Source: Telmatocola sphagniphila (GTDB taxonomy: Bacteria > Planctomycetota > Planctomycetia > Gemmatales > Gemmataceae). From it: 32,000 nt of DNA. A program made the translations under genes and the position numbers. Positions 1-8,849 of this stretch are shown in pieces. The stretch spans positions 1,770,001 through 1,802,000 of the forward strand of contig NZ_CP074694.1 in assembly GCF_018398935.1 (NCBI RefSeq), read 5' to 3'. A model generated the notes under the pieces. It saw only the letters and a program-made list of their open reading frames with translations. It was not told the DNA's origin and ran no database searches. Every line of letters begins with the position of its first letter. The stretch's first letter is position 1.

Positions 1-683
1 GCCGGGAATTCGTGCTAACGATGGCCCGTTTGTGCGGTTTTTCGGCTCCGCTGGCCAAATCCCGCACGGAGGAAGTTCTCGCTCAGGTCGGGATGGCGGA
101 GCGAGCGGACCGCAAACTGCGCGGCTATTCCAAAGGTATGCGGCAGCGGGTAAAACTGGCCCAAGCTTTACTCAATGATCCGCAATTGCTGGTTCTTGAT
201 GAACCACTTTCCGGCATCGATCCGATTGGTCGTAAAGAAATGCTGGACGTTTTCCGGAGTCTTGCGGAAGAAGGAAAGTGCCTACTGATTTCCAGCCACG
301 AACTGGAAGAACTGGAAAAGCTCACCGATCATGTGGCCATCATGGCCCGGGGTCGGATTGCCGCCGTGGGCACGCTGACCCAAATTCGAGAATTGATCGA
401 CGATCAGCCTCTTTCGGTACGAATCGACGCACCGAATATCCGACAACTGGCCGCGGCCTTGTTGCAACTCCCCGAGGTGGTGGGGCTCGATCTGGAACCG
501 AAAATCTTGAAATCCGCGCAATCCCAAAGCCTGATCGTCTTCGTACGCCATCCGAAACGATTCTTTGAAGAATTTGGCAATCGCGTGCTGGAGAACAACT
601 GGCAGGTCTCGCGGTTGGAGGCCCTCGACGATTCCGCGCACGCCGTGCTCGGTTATCTGCTGGGGGGCAGTGGCAAAACTTAG
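1..683 (+). CDS. ABC transporter ATP-binding protein, C-terminal part (5' end lies upstream of the window)
   Basis: The frame is open from base 3. No Walker A is present. The ABC signature-like YSKGMRQR, Walker B LLVLDEPLSGIDP and H-loop SSHELEE are present, followed by a ~100-aa C-terminal accessory domain. Confidence 0.8.
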   Translation, partial: REFVLTMARLCGFSAPLAKSRTEEVLAQVGMAERADRKLRGYSKGMRQRVKLAQALLNDPQLLVLDEPLSGIDPIGRKEMLDVFRSLAEEGKCLLISSHELEELEKLTDHVAIMARGRIAAVGTLTQIRELIDDQPLSVRIDAPNIRQLAAALLQLPEVVGLDLEPKILKSAQSQSLIVFVRHPKRFFEEFGNRVLENNWQVSRLEALDDSAHAVLGYLLGGSGKT

Positions 684-687
684 CCTA

Positions 688-1764
688 TCAAATCAGCGGT
701 ACCTGCAATCGGTCCGCTTCTTTAACCAGTAATTCCCAAGTGCCTATTGGAATGGTAATCCCCTCCTTCAAGCGTTGAATCCGGGTCAGCCGCTCGGGAT
801 CACCCGGCAGCGTGATGCCTTTCACGCCGGGAGCCGTCGGACAAGCTCGGACGTAATCGGTCAGCTTGCCCGATTCGAAGAGAAAATGTTCGATTCCTCC
901 GAACATTTCGATGTTGAAGAGCACGAAGAGAACGGAGTTACCGAGCCCCGGTAATGGGGCTTCTGCCCGGCTGCACTCCCCACCGGACAAGCCACCCGCA
1001 AGTAGGTCCAGTAATAACCCCAGTCCAAACCCCTTGTAAGTTTGACTGCCGCCAAATGGTAAGATGCTGCCGCGATTTTTTTCATCGTAAATCGTGGCGG
1101 GATCGGTGGTTGGCTGCCCCTGCGAATCGAGCAGCCAACCTTCCGGCACCGCTTCCTTTTTCTGGAAGTACACACGCACTTTCCCCTCAGCCACGGCACT
1201 AGTACCGATATCCAGAACCACAGGATCTTGGGGAGTGGGCGCCCCAACGCAAAGAGGATTCGTGGAAATTCTTCCTTCGGTTCCGCCTGGCGGAGCTACG
1301 CGCCGACCACTGCCGTGAGAATTCACGGTGCCCAGAAAAGCCAGATTATTTTTCGCGGCCCATTCCGCATACTCACCGAGTCGCCCGGTATGGCCGCAAC
1401 GTCGTAAAGTTCCAGCCGCTAGGCCGATAGACTTCGCTTTGGGCAGGAGTCGATCGAGCAATCGATAAGCCTGCACTTGACCTAAACCCCAGCTGGCGTC
1501 AGCACTTAACATGGCCGGGGTCTCGGTCAGGATCTCCAATGGGCGATTGCAGGTGAGCTTTCCCTCCCGCAGATTGGTGAGATATTGCGGCACGCGCATG
1601 ACGCCGTGCGAGTCGTGTCCGCAGAGATTCGCATCGACCAAACTACGGCTAACTCTGTCGGCTTCCTCAGCAGGGACGCCCGCGGCTATAAAAAGATTCC
1701 TTGTGAAGTCTGTCAGAACGTCGGCTTGATAAAGAGGCATGGGATATTTTCCAAACGAGAACAA
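688..1764 (-). CDS. Ldh_2 family (malate/L-lactate/sulfolactate dehydrogenase type 2) oxidoreductase
   Basis: 358-aa ORF. The N-terminal pattern ...LVDANLCGHDSHGVMRVPQYL... and the Gly-rich central region are typical of the Ldh_2 family. An alternative start at 1740 (MPLYQ...) is possible. Confidence 0.7.
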   Translation of the reverse strand: MFSFGKYPMPLYQADVLTDFTRNLFIAAGVPAEEADRVSRSLVDANLCGHDSHGVMRVPQYLTNLREGKLTCNRPLEILTETPAMLSADASWGLGQVQAYRLLDRLLPKAKSIGLAAGTLRRCGHTGRLGEYAEWAAKNNLAFLGTVNSHGSGRRVAPPGGTEGRISTNPLCVGAPTPQDPVVLDIGTSAVAEGKVRVYFQKKEAVPEGWLLDSQGQPTTDPATIYDEKNRGSILPFGGSQTYKGFGLGLLLDLLAGGLSGGECSRAEAPLPGLGNSVLFVLFNIEMFGGIEHFLFESGKLTDYVRACPTAPGVKGITLPGDPERLTRIQRLKEGITIPIGTWELLVKEADRLQVPLI

Positions 1765-1778
1765 GAACCGGGTGAAGC

Positions 1779-2792
1779 ATGTTGTATCAGGTTCAATCGG
1801 AAATTCGGAAGGCCGGAGATCGTACCGGCCCCGTGGTCACTTTGCAAAGCCCGTCGGGCGCCCGAGCCGAAATCTGGTCGGCCTGCGGTTTCAACTGCCT
1901 CAAGTGGGCCGTTGCTCCGGGGCGCGAAGCCCTGTTCGTCATGCCCGATTGGGAGTCTAATCCGGTGCCGACCCGGTCCGGCACGCCAATTTTGGCTCCG
2001 TTTCCGAATCGGATTCGCAACGGCCACTTTCGCTGGGAGAATCAGGATTATCAACTGCCACTGAACGATTCGGTGAAGCAGAACGCCATTCATGGCGAAG
2101 CTCCACGGCATCCCTGGCGGATTCTCGAAAGCAAGGCCGATGGCCATTCGGCCTGGGTGACGGGGGCTTTCCGACCTTCGATTGATGCCCCGGCGGTTGC
2201 CAAGAATTGGACGGGAGATTACGAATTGCAGGCCACCTGGCGCTTGATCGATTGCGATCTGCATTTCAGTTACAGCTTCCAGAATCACAGTTCGAAATCG
2301 ATGCCGTTCGGATTAGGCTTGCATCCCTACTTTCGTTTTCCGTTGGCTGCTGCTGCGGAACTCATCGATGAATCGGTACTAGAAATTCCGGCAAAACAAC
2401 TCTGGGAATTAAACGAGAGCCTGCCGACAACGAAGAAACTCGATATCCAAGGGGAAACGGATTTTTTGAGGGCTCGAAAAATTGAGAAAACCAATATCGA
2501 CCTGCTCTACACCGACATGACCGGCCCGCTGGAACCCGACGGACTGAGAATCCATGGCCGACTGACTCACCCGAAGGCTCCGGGGGCGCTGGAAGTGTAT
2601 GCCGATGCCAGCTTTAGAGAGAGTGTGATTTTTACGTCGGTACACCGTCAAGCGGTCTGCATCGAGCCCTATACCTGTGCGAGTGATGCCGTGAATTTGG
2701 CGGCCCAGGGCTTCAATTGCGGTTTGATTACGGTTGAAACAGGGAAATCTATTTCTGGAAAAGTGGAATTTCGCTGGAAAAGTGGTCAGTAA
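1779..2792 (+). CDS. aldose 1-epimerase (galactose mutarotase-like) family protein
   Basis: 337-aa ORF with mutarotase-fold motifs AIHGEAPRHPW and GLGLHPYFRF. It is divergent from the Ldh_2 gene with only 14-38 bp between the starts. Confidence 0.7.
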   Translation: MLYQVQSEIRKAGDRTGPVVTLQSPSGARAEIWSACGFNCLKWAVAPGREALFVMPDWESNPVPTRSGTPILAPFPNRIRNGHFRWENQDYQLPLNDSVKQNAIHGEAPRHPWRILESKADGHSAWVTGAFRPSIDAPAVAKNWTGDYELQATWRLIDCDLHFSYSFQNHSSKSMPFGLGLHPYFRFPLAAAAELIDESVLEIPAKQLWELNESLPTTKKLDIQGETDFLRARKIEKTNIDLLYTDMTGPLEPDGLRIHGRLTHPKAPGALEVYADASFRESVIFTSVHRQAVCIEPYTCASDAVNLAAQGFNCGLITVETGKSISGKVEFRWKSGQ

Positions 2793-2833
2793 TCGATCAG
2801 ACTACGGTGCAAATTCATAATTAAGGAATCCGC

Positions 2834-3769
2834 ATGATATCCGTCCGAGGGCTTCGCGTTGATTTCGATAATTTTTGTGCGGTTAAAAATCTCTCGTTCG
2901 AGGTGGGCAAAGGTCATGTCTTCGGCTTGATCGGTCCCAACGGAGCTGGCAAAACGACTACGATGCGATCCATCATCGGATTGCTCGAACCGACCTACGG
3001 CGACATCGAAGTGGCGGGTGTTAACATCCGCGAGAAGCCTGAAGAGGCCAATCGCAAAGTCGCTTTCATGCCCGACTTCCCTCCGATTTACGAAGATCTG
3101 AGAGTCTGGGAATTTCTCGATCTGTTCGCTGCCAGCTACTACGTGCCCAAAAGCGAACGGCCGGAAATCATCGATCGTTATCTGCATCTGGTCGATCTGT
3201 ACGAGAAACGTGATGCTTTTATCCCAGGTCTCTCCCGAGGGATGCGTCAGCGCTTGATGCTTGCCAAGACTCTGATCCCCGATCCGGAAGTCATCATCCT
3301 TGACGAGCCGGCCAGCGGTGTCGATCCGCACGGTCGGATTCTCCTCAAAAACATTTTTAAGCAACTCTCGCAGGCCGGTAAAACGCTACTGGTGTCTTCG
3401 CACATACTCTCGGAAATGAGCGAGTTCTGTACTGCCATCGGCATTATGGAACGGGGCAAAATGGTGGAGAGCGGTACCGTCCAGGACGTTAGTCGGCGGG
3501 TCATGGGGCACGCTCTAGTCAGTCTGGAATTGCTGCATCCCGAACAGGAAGAATTGTTACGCAGCGTGCTGAGCCGAGATTCCAAGGTGGGTAAACTGGA
3601 ATCGCTCGGTCAAGGTCGCTGGGAGATCGGCTATGAAGGCGAGGAGCAGGAAACTGCGGACCTGCTGAAAAAGCTGGTAACTTCAGATCTGCAGATCATT
3701 TCCTTCGGCCGCAAGAAGGAAGCTCTGGAAGATATTTTTCTCAAGATCGGTGCCAAAGAAGTTTCCTAA
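2834..3769 (+). CDS. ABC transporter ATP-binding protein
   Basis: Walker A GPNGAGKTT, signature-like LSRGMRQR, Walker B VIILDEPASGVDP and H-loop VSSHILSE, plus an ~80-aa C-terminal extra domain. AAGGAA lies upstream of the ATG. Confidence 0.9.
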   Translation: MISVRGLRVDFDNFCAVKNLSFEVGKGHVFGLIGPNGAGKTTTMRSIIGLLEPTYGDIEVAGVNIREKPEEANRKVAFMPDFPPIYEDLRVWEFLDLFAASYYVPKSERPEIIDRYLHLVDLYEKRDAFIPGLSRGMRQRLMLAKTLIPDPEVIILDEPASGVDPHGRILLKNIFKQLSQAGKTLLVSSHILSEMSEFCTAIGIMERGKMVESGTVQDVSRRVMGHALVSLELLHPEQEELLRSVLSRDSKVGKLESLGQGRWEIGYEGEEQETADLLKKLVTSDLQIISFGRKKEALEDIFLKIGAKEVS

Positions 3770-3811
3770 ACGCGAACCGAATACGAATCTTAAAATTTAT
3801 TGGATGCTGAT

Positions 3812-5557
3812 ATGGGTGAAATGCTGCGGCTAGCGGACAATCCGCTTTTTTTGAAGCACGTTCGATCTCGATTGAGACGCTCGGCGATGCTACCGACATT
3901 GATCCTCGTCGGGTTCCTCTGTTGCTGCCTTTTGTTCGTCGATCTTTGGTTCCGTTTTATGTCGGCTCCGCCCAACCCGAACCTCTACCCGTTCTGTTAT
4001 TTTATCCTGGTGGGGATGCAAGGCCTGATTCTCTACATACTGGGGGGCTCGCAGGTCTCCAGTTCAGTTGCCTACGTTAAAGACAGCGGGATTCTTGACT
4101 ATCATCGAATTACGCCGATTCCTGCGCGCGTGCAGGCCATCGGGTTTATCCTTGGTGCACCCATTCGGGAATACATTCTCTTCATCATCACTTTGCCGTT
4201 CTCTTTTGCACTAGCAATGCTGAGTGATGTGGGGATCTCGGGTTTCAGCAAGATATTCCTGGTGATGGTCGGGGCCACTGTTTTGAATCACACCATCGCC
4301 TTCCTGGTCGGACTTTCGGCGAAAACTTCACGAGCTGCAACCGGTCGCTATTTCGGTATTCTTGCCATGATCTGGTTTGGTACGAATGCCATCAGTGGGA
4401 TGGCGTTAATGAATGCCGAGCAATACCACGGGCCGACTCTCATATCCCCGTATCCGGTGGTACGGGAAGTGATTAATGAAGTGCTTTTCAAAAACGCTCC
4501 CGCAGCGAATGTGCCCCCGCCTAACAACTTCGTCAAGCCCCAGCCGGCTCAGAATAAAGGCGCGGCCGTCAAACAGAATCCATTCGGAGCTCCCGTCCAA
4601 CCCGGCTTCAATCCGAATGCCAATCCTCTGTTTTTCGCCAATAAAGCCGAACCGAAACTCTTTGGTATCGAAATCCCCTTAGTCCTTCAAACCTTGTTGG
4701 CTCAGGGCACGCTCTTGACTTTTCTCTTCATTGGAGCGACTCGAAGAATACACTCGGCCCGGATTTCCATCTTCTCCAAGCTGGAGGCCGTTGCCTTCTT
4801 CGGAGCCGTCAATCTCTTTGCCATTGCCACGCTGTGGAAAATCCCCGTGGAAGGACTGGTCATAGCCAATGTTTACGGCCTGATGATTCTTGCGATCGTA
4901 ATGATTGGTTTGTGTACGCAAACTCGGGGCGAATTGATGCGGGGTTATCAGAGAGCCCTCAAACAAGGCCGGAAGGTGCCGCGCACGTTCGACGATCTGG
5001 CTTCGAACCACGGCGCCATTCTGAGCATTGGTGCGATCCTCGGCGCATTCGCTATTTTTCATTACAACCTGATGGCCGGAGTGCAAGTCGCCGCTCAAGC
5101 ACCTCGCGTCGAATCCTACGTGTATGGGTTTGCCGTGGCCCTGGGGGCGATTGTTTCGGTTGGATTTCTCATTCAATACTGCAAATTGCGATATCCCAAA
5201 CGCTGGAGTCACCGGCTCGGCTTTTTCATGTTTTTCATCTGGTTTGCCCCAATGCTTCTCGCGCTAATCAGTTCGGTGATTGGTAATGGCAACTCGGCCA
5301 TTTCCCAAATGTTTCTGGCTCTCTCCCCTATCGTCAGTTTGCCGATGGTGATTCTGATCGATCGCGTGGGGGCGGCTGTCAATATGGGGACCGAGGAATT
5401 CCGGGCTATCGCAATAGGTGCGGTGTTCTTCGAATCGATTCTTTTCCTTTTGATTTCTGTTCGTGCGGAACGCCGGTTGCGGTCGGAGGCCCTCAGCGAA
5501 CATGAAGAAGATCACCGGCAATTGAATGATCCGGAATATGAAGTGGAATTAGATTAA
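3812..5557 (+). CDS. large polytopic membrane protein, probable permease partner of the preceding ABC ATPase
   Basis: The ORF is open from TTG 3800; the first ATG is at 3812. N-terminal NPLFLKHVRSRLRR resembles the cytoplasmic N-terminus of ABC-2-like permeases. Many hydrophobic segments are present. A Pro/Asn/Gln-rich low-complexity insert lies at about nt 4494-4655. Confidence 0.6.
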   Translation: MGEMLRLADNPLFLKHVRSRLRRSAMLPTLILVGFLCCCLLFVDLWFRFMSAPPNPNLYPFCYFILVGMQGLILYILGGSQVSSSVAYVKDSGILDYHRITPIPARVQAIGFILGAPIREYILFIITLPFSFALAMLSDVGISGFSKIFLVMVGATVLNHTIAFLVGLSAKTSRAATGRYFGILAMIWFGTNAISGMALMNAEQYHGPTLISPYPVVREVINEVLFKNAPAANVPPPNNFVKPQPAQNKGAAVKQNPFGAPVQPGFNPNANPLFFANKAEPKLFGIEIPLVLQTLLAQGTLLTFLFIGATRRIHSARISIFSKLEAVAFFGAVNLFAIATLWKIPVEGLVIANVYGLMILAIVMIGLCTQTRGELMRGYQRALKQGRKVPRTFDDLASNHGAILSIGAILGAFAIFHYNLMAGVQVAAQAPRVESYVYGFAVALGAIVSVGFLIQYCKLRYPKRWSHRLGFFMFFIWFAPMLLALISSVIGNGNSAISQMFLALSPIVSLPMVILIDRVGAAVNMGTEEFRAIAIGAVFFESILFLLISVRAERRLRSEALSEHEEDHRQLNDPEYEVELD

Positions 5558-5635
5558 AGTTTTTGATCTTGAACAAATCGGAAGGTTCGGTTATCGCTCC
5601 GCGGCGTGTTCCTCAACCCCGGAAGGATAACCGAC

Positions 5636-6994
5636 ATGTTGAAAAAGCTATTCGTCGCCGGCCTGGCGACTGCACTTTCGTTTCAATCGAGTTTTGCCCA
5701 AGAAAACCAAGCTATTATTCGCATCAAGGCTCACGTCTTCGAAGTGAGTGACGAAGCGTTTCGCGATTTGAATCTGTCCAAATTCACTAAGGGACGCGAT
5801 TTGGAAGCTTTATCGCCCCAATCGGAAGCAAAGCTACTACATGATTTGCAATTGCGTCAGGATTTAAAAGGCGATTGCTCGCTCATCGCCATGCCCCAAA
5901 TGGCAACAGATTCTGGAAGAGAATGTACCATAAATGTAGGGCATAAAGCCTCTTTTTTAACCAAAGTGACTATCGAAAGTCAAAATGGCCATATTGTGTA
6001 TCTTCCAAAATCGGAAGAGGTGGATTTGGGCTTCAAATTGGCCTGCACTGCCAAGAGTTCGACAGACAAGCAAACGATTAATATGAATGTGAAAGCTGAG
6101 ATAAAATCGCTGGCGAACGAAGGGCACGTGCCGCTATTTCCTATTACTACCGTAATTACTCCGGTCTACGAGGGTGGTTCGCAGGGTCAGCCCATTGAGG
6201 CCATCCAGTACATCCAACAGCCAGAATTTAATCAAACCGAAAACAGCATTTCGATGGGTATGCGCGCGGGTTTCGCCAATGTTGTAGAGCTAGGTCAGGA
6301 AAAACGTGCGGTGAACCTCAAATGCCAAAATCCGATTCTGGCGGAGGTTCCTTACCTAAACAGGTTGTTCACTCAGCAGAAATCATCGACATGTAATATT
6401 CATTATGTGATGATCGTCCTGGCGGATGTCTTACCAGCGACCAGTAGTCCCGCTTGTATTACGGTTAAGGAAATGCCGCCGAGTGCAACTACGATGACAC
6501 TCAGTGCACTAAATATTCCGATTCAGGAAGTTGTTCCTCCTCAGCCGATCGCCTTAACCTTTTCGGCCGTGGCTCCCGCGCCGATGACTTCCATTCAGCC
6601 AGTCGGTTGGACTACGGTTCAGGTAGCAAATACTAATGCCCTCCCTGCGATCACTCTTAGTGATTACTTGGCTCAGCAGGCGCCTCCTTCGGTTCCCGTC
6701 CCTCCGCCCGTTGCGGTTGCTCCGCCGGCGTTATTCAAGGTCGCTATGCCTGAGGCATGCATTACAACACAGGATTTCTGTGTGACTCTGCCAGCGGAAA
6801 AAGTCATTCGAGAATGCATTTATACCCAGGCTGCGAATTCGATTGCCGGTTCAACCAAGTGTGCGAACAGGGAAATCCTAAAGATCCTGCTGGAACAGTA
6901 CGAAGTCGCTTGCAAGGCGGGCGATTTGGCCAAGGCCAAAACCATCGCCGCGTTCTGCATGGATATGGATCCGACCTGCTTCGCTAACAGATAG
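5636..6994 (+). CDS. exported secretin-like (type II/III secretion system secretin family-like) protein with Pro-rich and Cys-rich C-terminal region
   Basis: The start is taken at ATG 5636 (GGAAGGA lies 8 nt upstream). Signal peptide MLKKLFVAGLATALSFQSSFAQE. Secretin-domain-like blocks are AIIRIKAHVFEVSDEAFRDL, SLIAMPQMATDSGRECTINVG and NPILAEVPYLNRLFTQQK...YVMIVLADVL. The last ~190 aa are Pro-rich and then Cys-rich. Confidence 0.55.
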   Translation: MLKKLFVAGLATALSFQSSFAQENQAIIRIKAHVFEVSDEAFRDLNLSKFTKGRDLEALSPQSEAKLLHDLQLRQDLKGDCSLIAMPQMATDSGRECTINVGHKASFLTKVTIESQNGHIVYLPKSEEVDLGFKLACTAKSSTDKQTINMNVKAEIKSLANEGHVPLFPITTVITPVYEGGSQGQPIEAIQYIQQPEFNQTENSISMGMRAGFANVVELGQEKRAVNLKCQNPILAEVPYLNRLFTQQKSSTCNIHYVMIVLADVLPATSSPACITVKEMPPSATTMTLSALNIPIQEVVPPQPIALTFSAVAPAPMTSIQPVGWTTVQVANTNALPAITLSDYLAQQAPPSVPVPPPVAVAPPALFKVAMPEACITTQDFCVTLPAEKVIRECIYTQAANSIAGSTKCANREILKILLEQYEVACKAGDLAKAKTIAAFCMDMDPTCFANR

Positions 6995-7008
6995 CCTGAA
7001 ATTTCAGC

Positions 7009-7048
7009 GGAGAGGTGAAAAATCCTCTCCATTTTTCTTTTCTTTTTT
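7009..7048 (+). terminator. rho-independent terminator after the secretin-like gene
   Basis: Perfect 7-bp stem GGAGAGG (7009-7015) / CCTCTCC (7024-7030) with an 8-nt loop, followed by the T-rich tail ATTTTTCTTTTCTTTTTT (7031-7048). Confidence 0.75.
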
Positions 7049-7083
7049 CGCGGAAAATTCACTCGCGAATAGAGCATTGGCGG

Positions 7084-7113
7084 TTGACATGCTCGGCGTG
7101 GAACCGCTACAAT
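7084..7113 (+). promoter_or_regulatory. sigma70-like promoter candidate for the glycosyltransferase pair
   Basis: TTGACA (7084-7089), an 18-nt spacer, then TACAAT (7108-7113). It lies between the terminator and the GGAGG/GTG start at 7153. Planctomycete promoter consensus is poorly known, hence the moderate confidence. Confidence 0.45.
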
Positions 7114-7152
7114 CCCTCTCTTACTCGCCCCCAACGGCATGGAGGCTTCCGC

Positions 7153-8844
7153 GTGGTCAACCGCGTTGGATCAATATCGCGATTTGACACTTCTTCCGCC
7201 CCAAAATCGTCACTGCAACTCGTTTTCGATCTGCCGCCGGGTACCCGCTGGATTCGATTGAAGGTCAATATGACCAGTTCGGATTCAAACACGATTGAAT
7301 CAACCCTGAAAGGCTTTTCGGGTGCAATTCTGGCGACGCAGAATTGGGCGGGATTATGGATCGACGAAATCTTTGTACGAGTTCCGCCCGATGAACGGGG
7401 TTTAGTCCTGGAACCCACCCCATCTGTAAACGTGCACGTTGTGGAATGCCGCGTTCAACCGATCAGTTCGCATCAAATGTGGCTGATCGCCACCGGCAAG
7501 AAACTCAAATTGCTTCGCGATTACGGCTGCACCACGCGCGTTCTGCGACGCGGGCTTGGCCTGCTGCTGAAGGGTCAGTTCGGAGAGTTTCGCCAGAAGT
7601 TGCTGCGCGGCGTCGATGATTCGCGATTTATCTCGACCGATGAGAATCCGACCTTCGATACCAGTATCTCCGAAAACCTTCCGACTTGGGCAGTGAATCG
7701 GAAAATCGATTCGAGGGTTCTGGGCCGACGATTTGTCATTCTGACGCCTTCTTTGAGTGCGGGAGACGCCGTCAGTAATGATGTCTTAGGCATGGCTTAT
7801 ACCCTTCGGGCCGCGGGAGCTGAGGTTCTGGTTTGCAGCCGCTTTGCCAGCAAAATCTGGCCGGTCGTGGCCATCAATCGGCTGCCGGAAATGCTGCGAC
7901 CGCAGGATACTCTGATCTATCACCATTCGATCGGCTTCACGGAAGCGGTAAGGTTGTTTGAAAAATTGCCCTGCCGGAAGATTCTCAAGTACCACAACAT
8001 CACTCCCCCGGAATTGTTGCGAGAGCAGTCTCCCGAGCTCTCCAAAGCCTGCGAACAAGGTCTGGCAGAGTTGCCCCGATTGCGGGAAAGGGCTCACGCC
8101 GTCTTGGTGGACTCTCCGTTTAATGCGGCGAACTTTCCGGCCCAAGCCCAGTTCGAAATCCTTCCCCCCTTCAACCAAATCGACGAACTCCTTCAGGTAG
8201 AACCTCAGGAAATTGAAGGCGTGCTGCCGGGAATTCTCGTCGTGGGCCGGGTGGTACCTAATAAGAACATCGAAAAAGCCATCGAAACGCTGGCTTTTCT
8301 GCGGAAGGATTCACGACCGGAACTCAAGCTTTATATCGTCGGCTCCATTCAGAGCTGGGATTACGTTCACAAGCTGAAATCTCTGGCCGAGAAATTGGAT
8401 ATCCAGGATGATGTGCAATTTCTCGGGAACGTGACGCCGCAGCAGTTGAAGGGGCTTTACAAAACGGCTCTGGTATTACTTTGCACCAGTCTGCATGAAG
8501 GCTTCGGGCTTCCGTTGCTGGAGGCGGCCGCGCTGAAGCTGCCGATTGTCGCGGTTCCCAATGGAGCCATTCCGGCCACCGTGGATGGCTGCGGCTGGAT
8601 GGCGGCCGATATCCCTGAGACGCTGGGACGAACGATTCTGCGAACGATGGAAAATTCCGGTGAGCGCGAGATTAAATTGATGCTGGGTGAAAGACATTAT
8701 CGGAAACACTATACCAACTCAAGTATTGCCGATCGATTTCTGGATCTTCTGCATACGAGCCTCAGAGTCGAAGCCGATCCACTCCTTCAGTTATCCCGTG
8801 CGGAACTGTCCGTGGAGGCCGACTCGCAAATAACGGTAACTTGA
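7153..8844 (+). CDS. glycosyltransferase family 1 (GT4-like) protein with unknown N-terminal domain
   Basis: C-terminal GT1 motif LLCTSLHEGFGLPLLEAAALKLPIVAVP. The tracked ORF begins at 7015 but reads through the terminator and promoter. GTG 7153 is preceded by GGAGG (7141-7145) at 7-nt spacing; ATG 7270 is an alternative start. Confidence 0.8.
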   Translation: MVNRVGSISRFDTSSAPKSSLQLVFDLPPGTRWIRLKVNMTSSDSNTIESTLKGFSGAILATQNWAGLWIDEIFVRVPPDERGLVLEPTPSVNVHVVECRVQPISSHQMWLIATGKKLKLLRDYGCTTRVLRRGLGLLLKGQFGEFRQKLLRGVDDSRFISTDENPTFDTSISENLPTWAVNRKIDSRVLGRRFVILTPSLSAGDAVSNDVLGMAYTLRAAGAEVLVCSRFASKIWPVVAINRLPEMLRPQDTLIYHHSIGFTEAVRLFEKLPCRKILKYHNITPPELLREQSPELSKACEQGLAELPRLRERAHAVLVDSPFNAANFPAQAQFEILPPFNQIDELLQVEPQEIEGVLPGILVVGRVVPNKNIEKAIETLAFLRKDSRPELKLYIVGSIQSWDYVHKLKSLAEKLDIQDDVQFLGNVTPQQLKGLYKTALVLLCTSLHEGFGLPLLEAAALKLPIVAVPNGAIPATVDGCGWMAADIPETLGRTILRTMENSGEREIKLMLGERHYRKHYTNSSIADRFLDLLHTSLRVEADPLLQLSRAELSVEADSQITVT

Positions 8845-8849
8845 GTTAG

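Noticed and set aside
7015-7152. 5' extension of the glycosyltransferase ORF (MKNPLHFSFLF...)
   Set aside because: It reads through the terminator loop and T-tract and through the TTGACA/TACAAT promoter. GGAGG-N7-GTG at 7153 is a better start.
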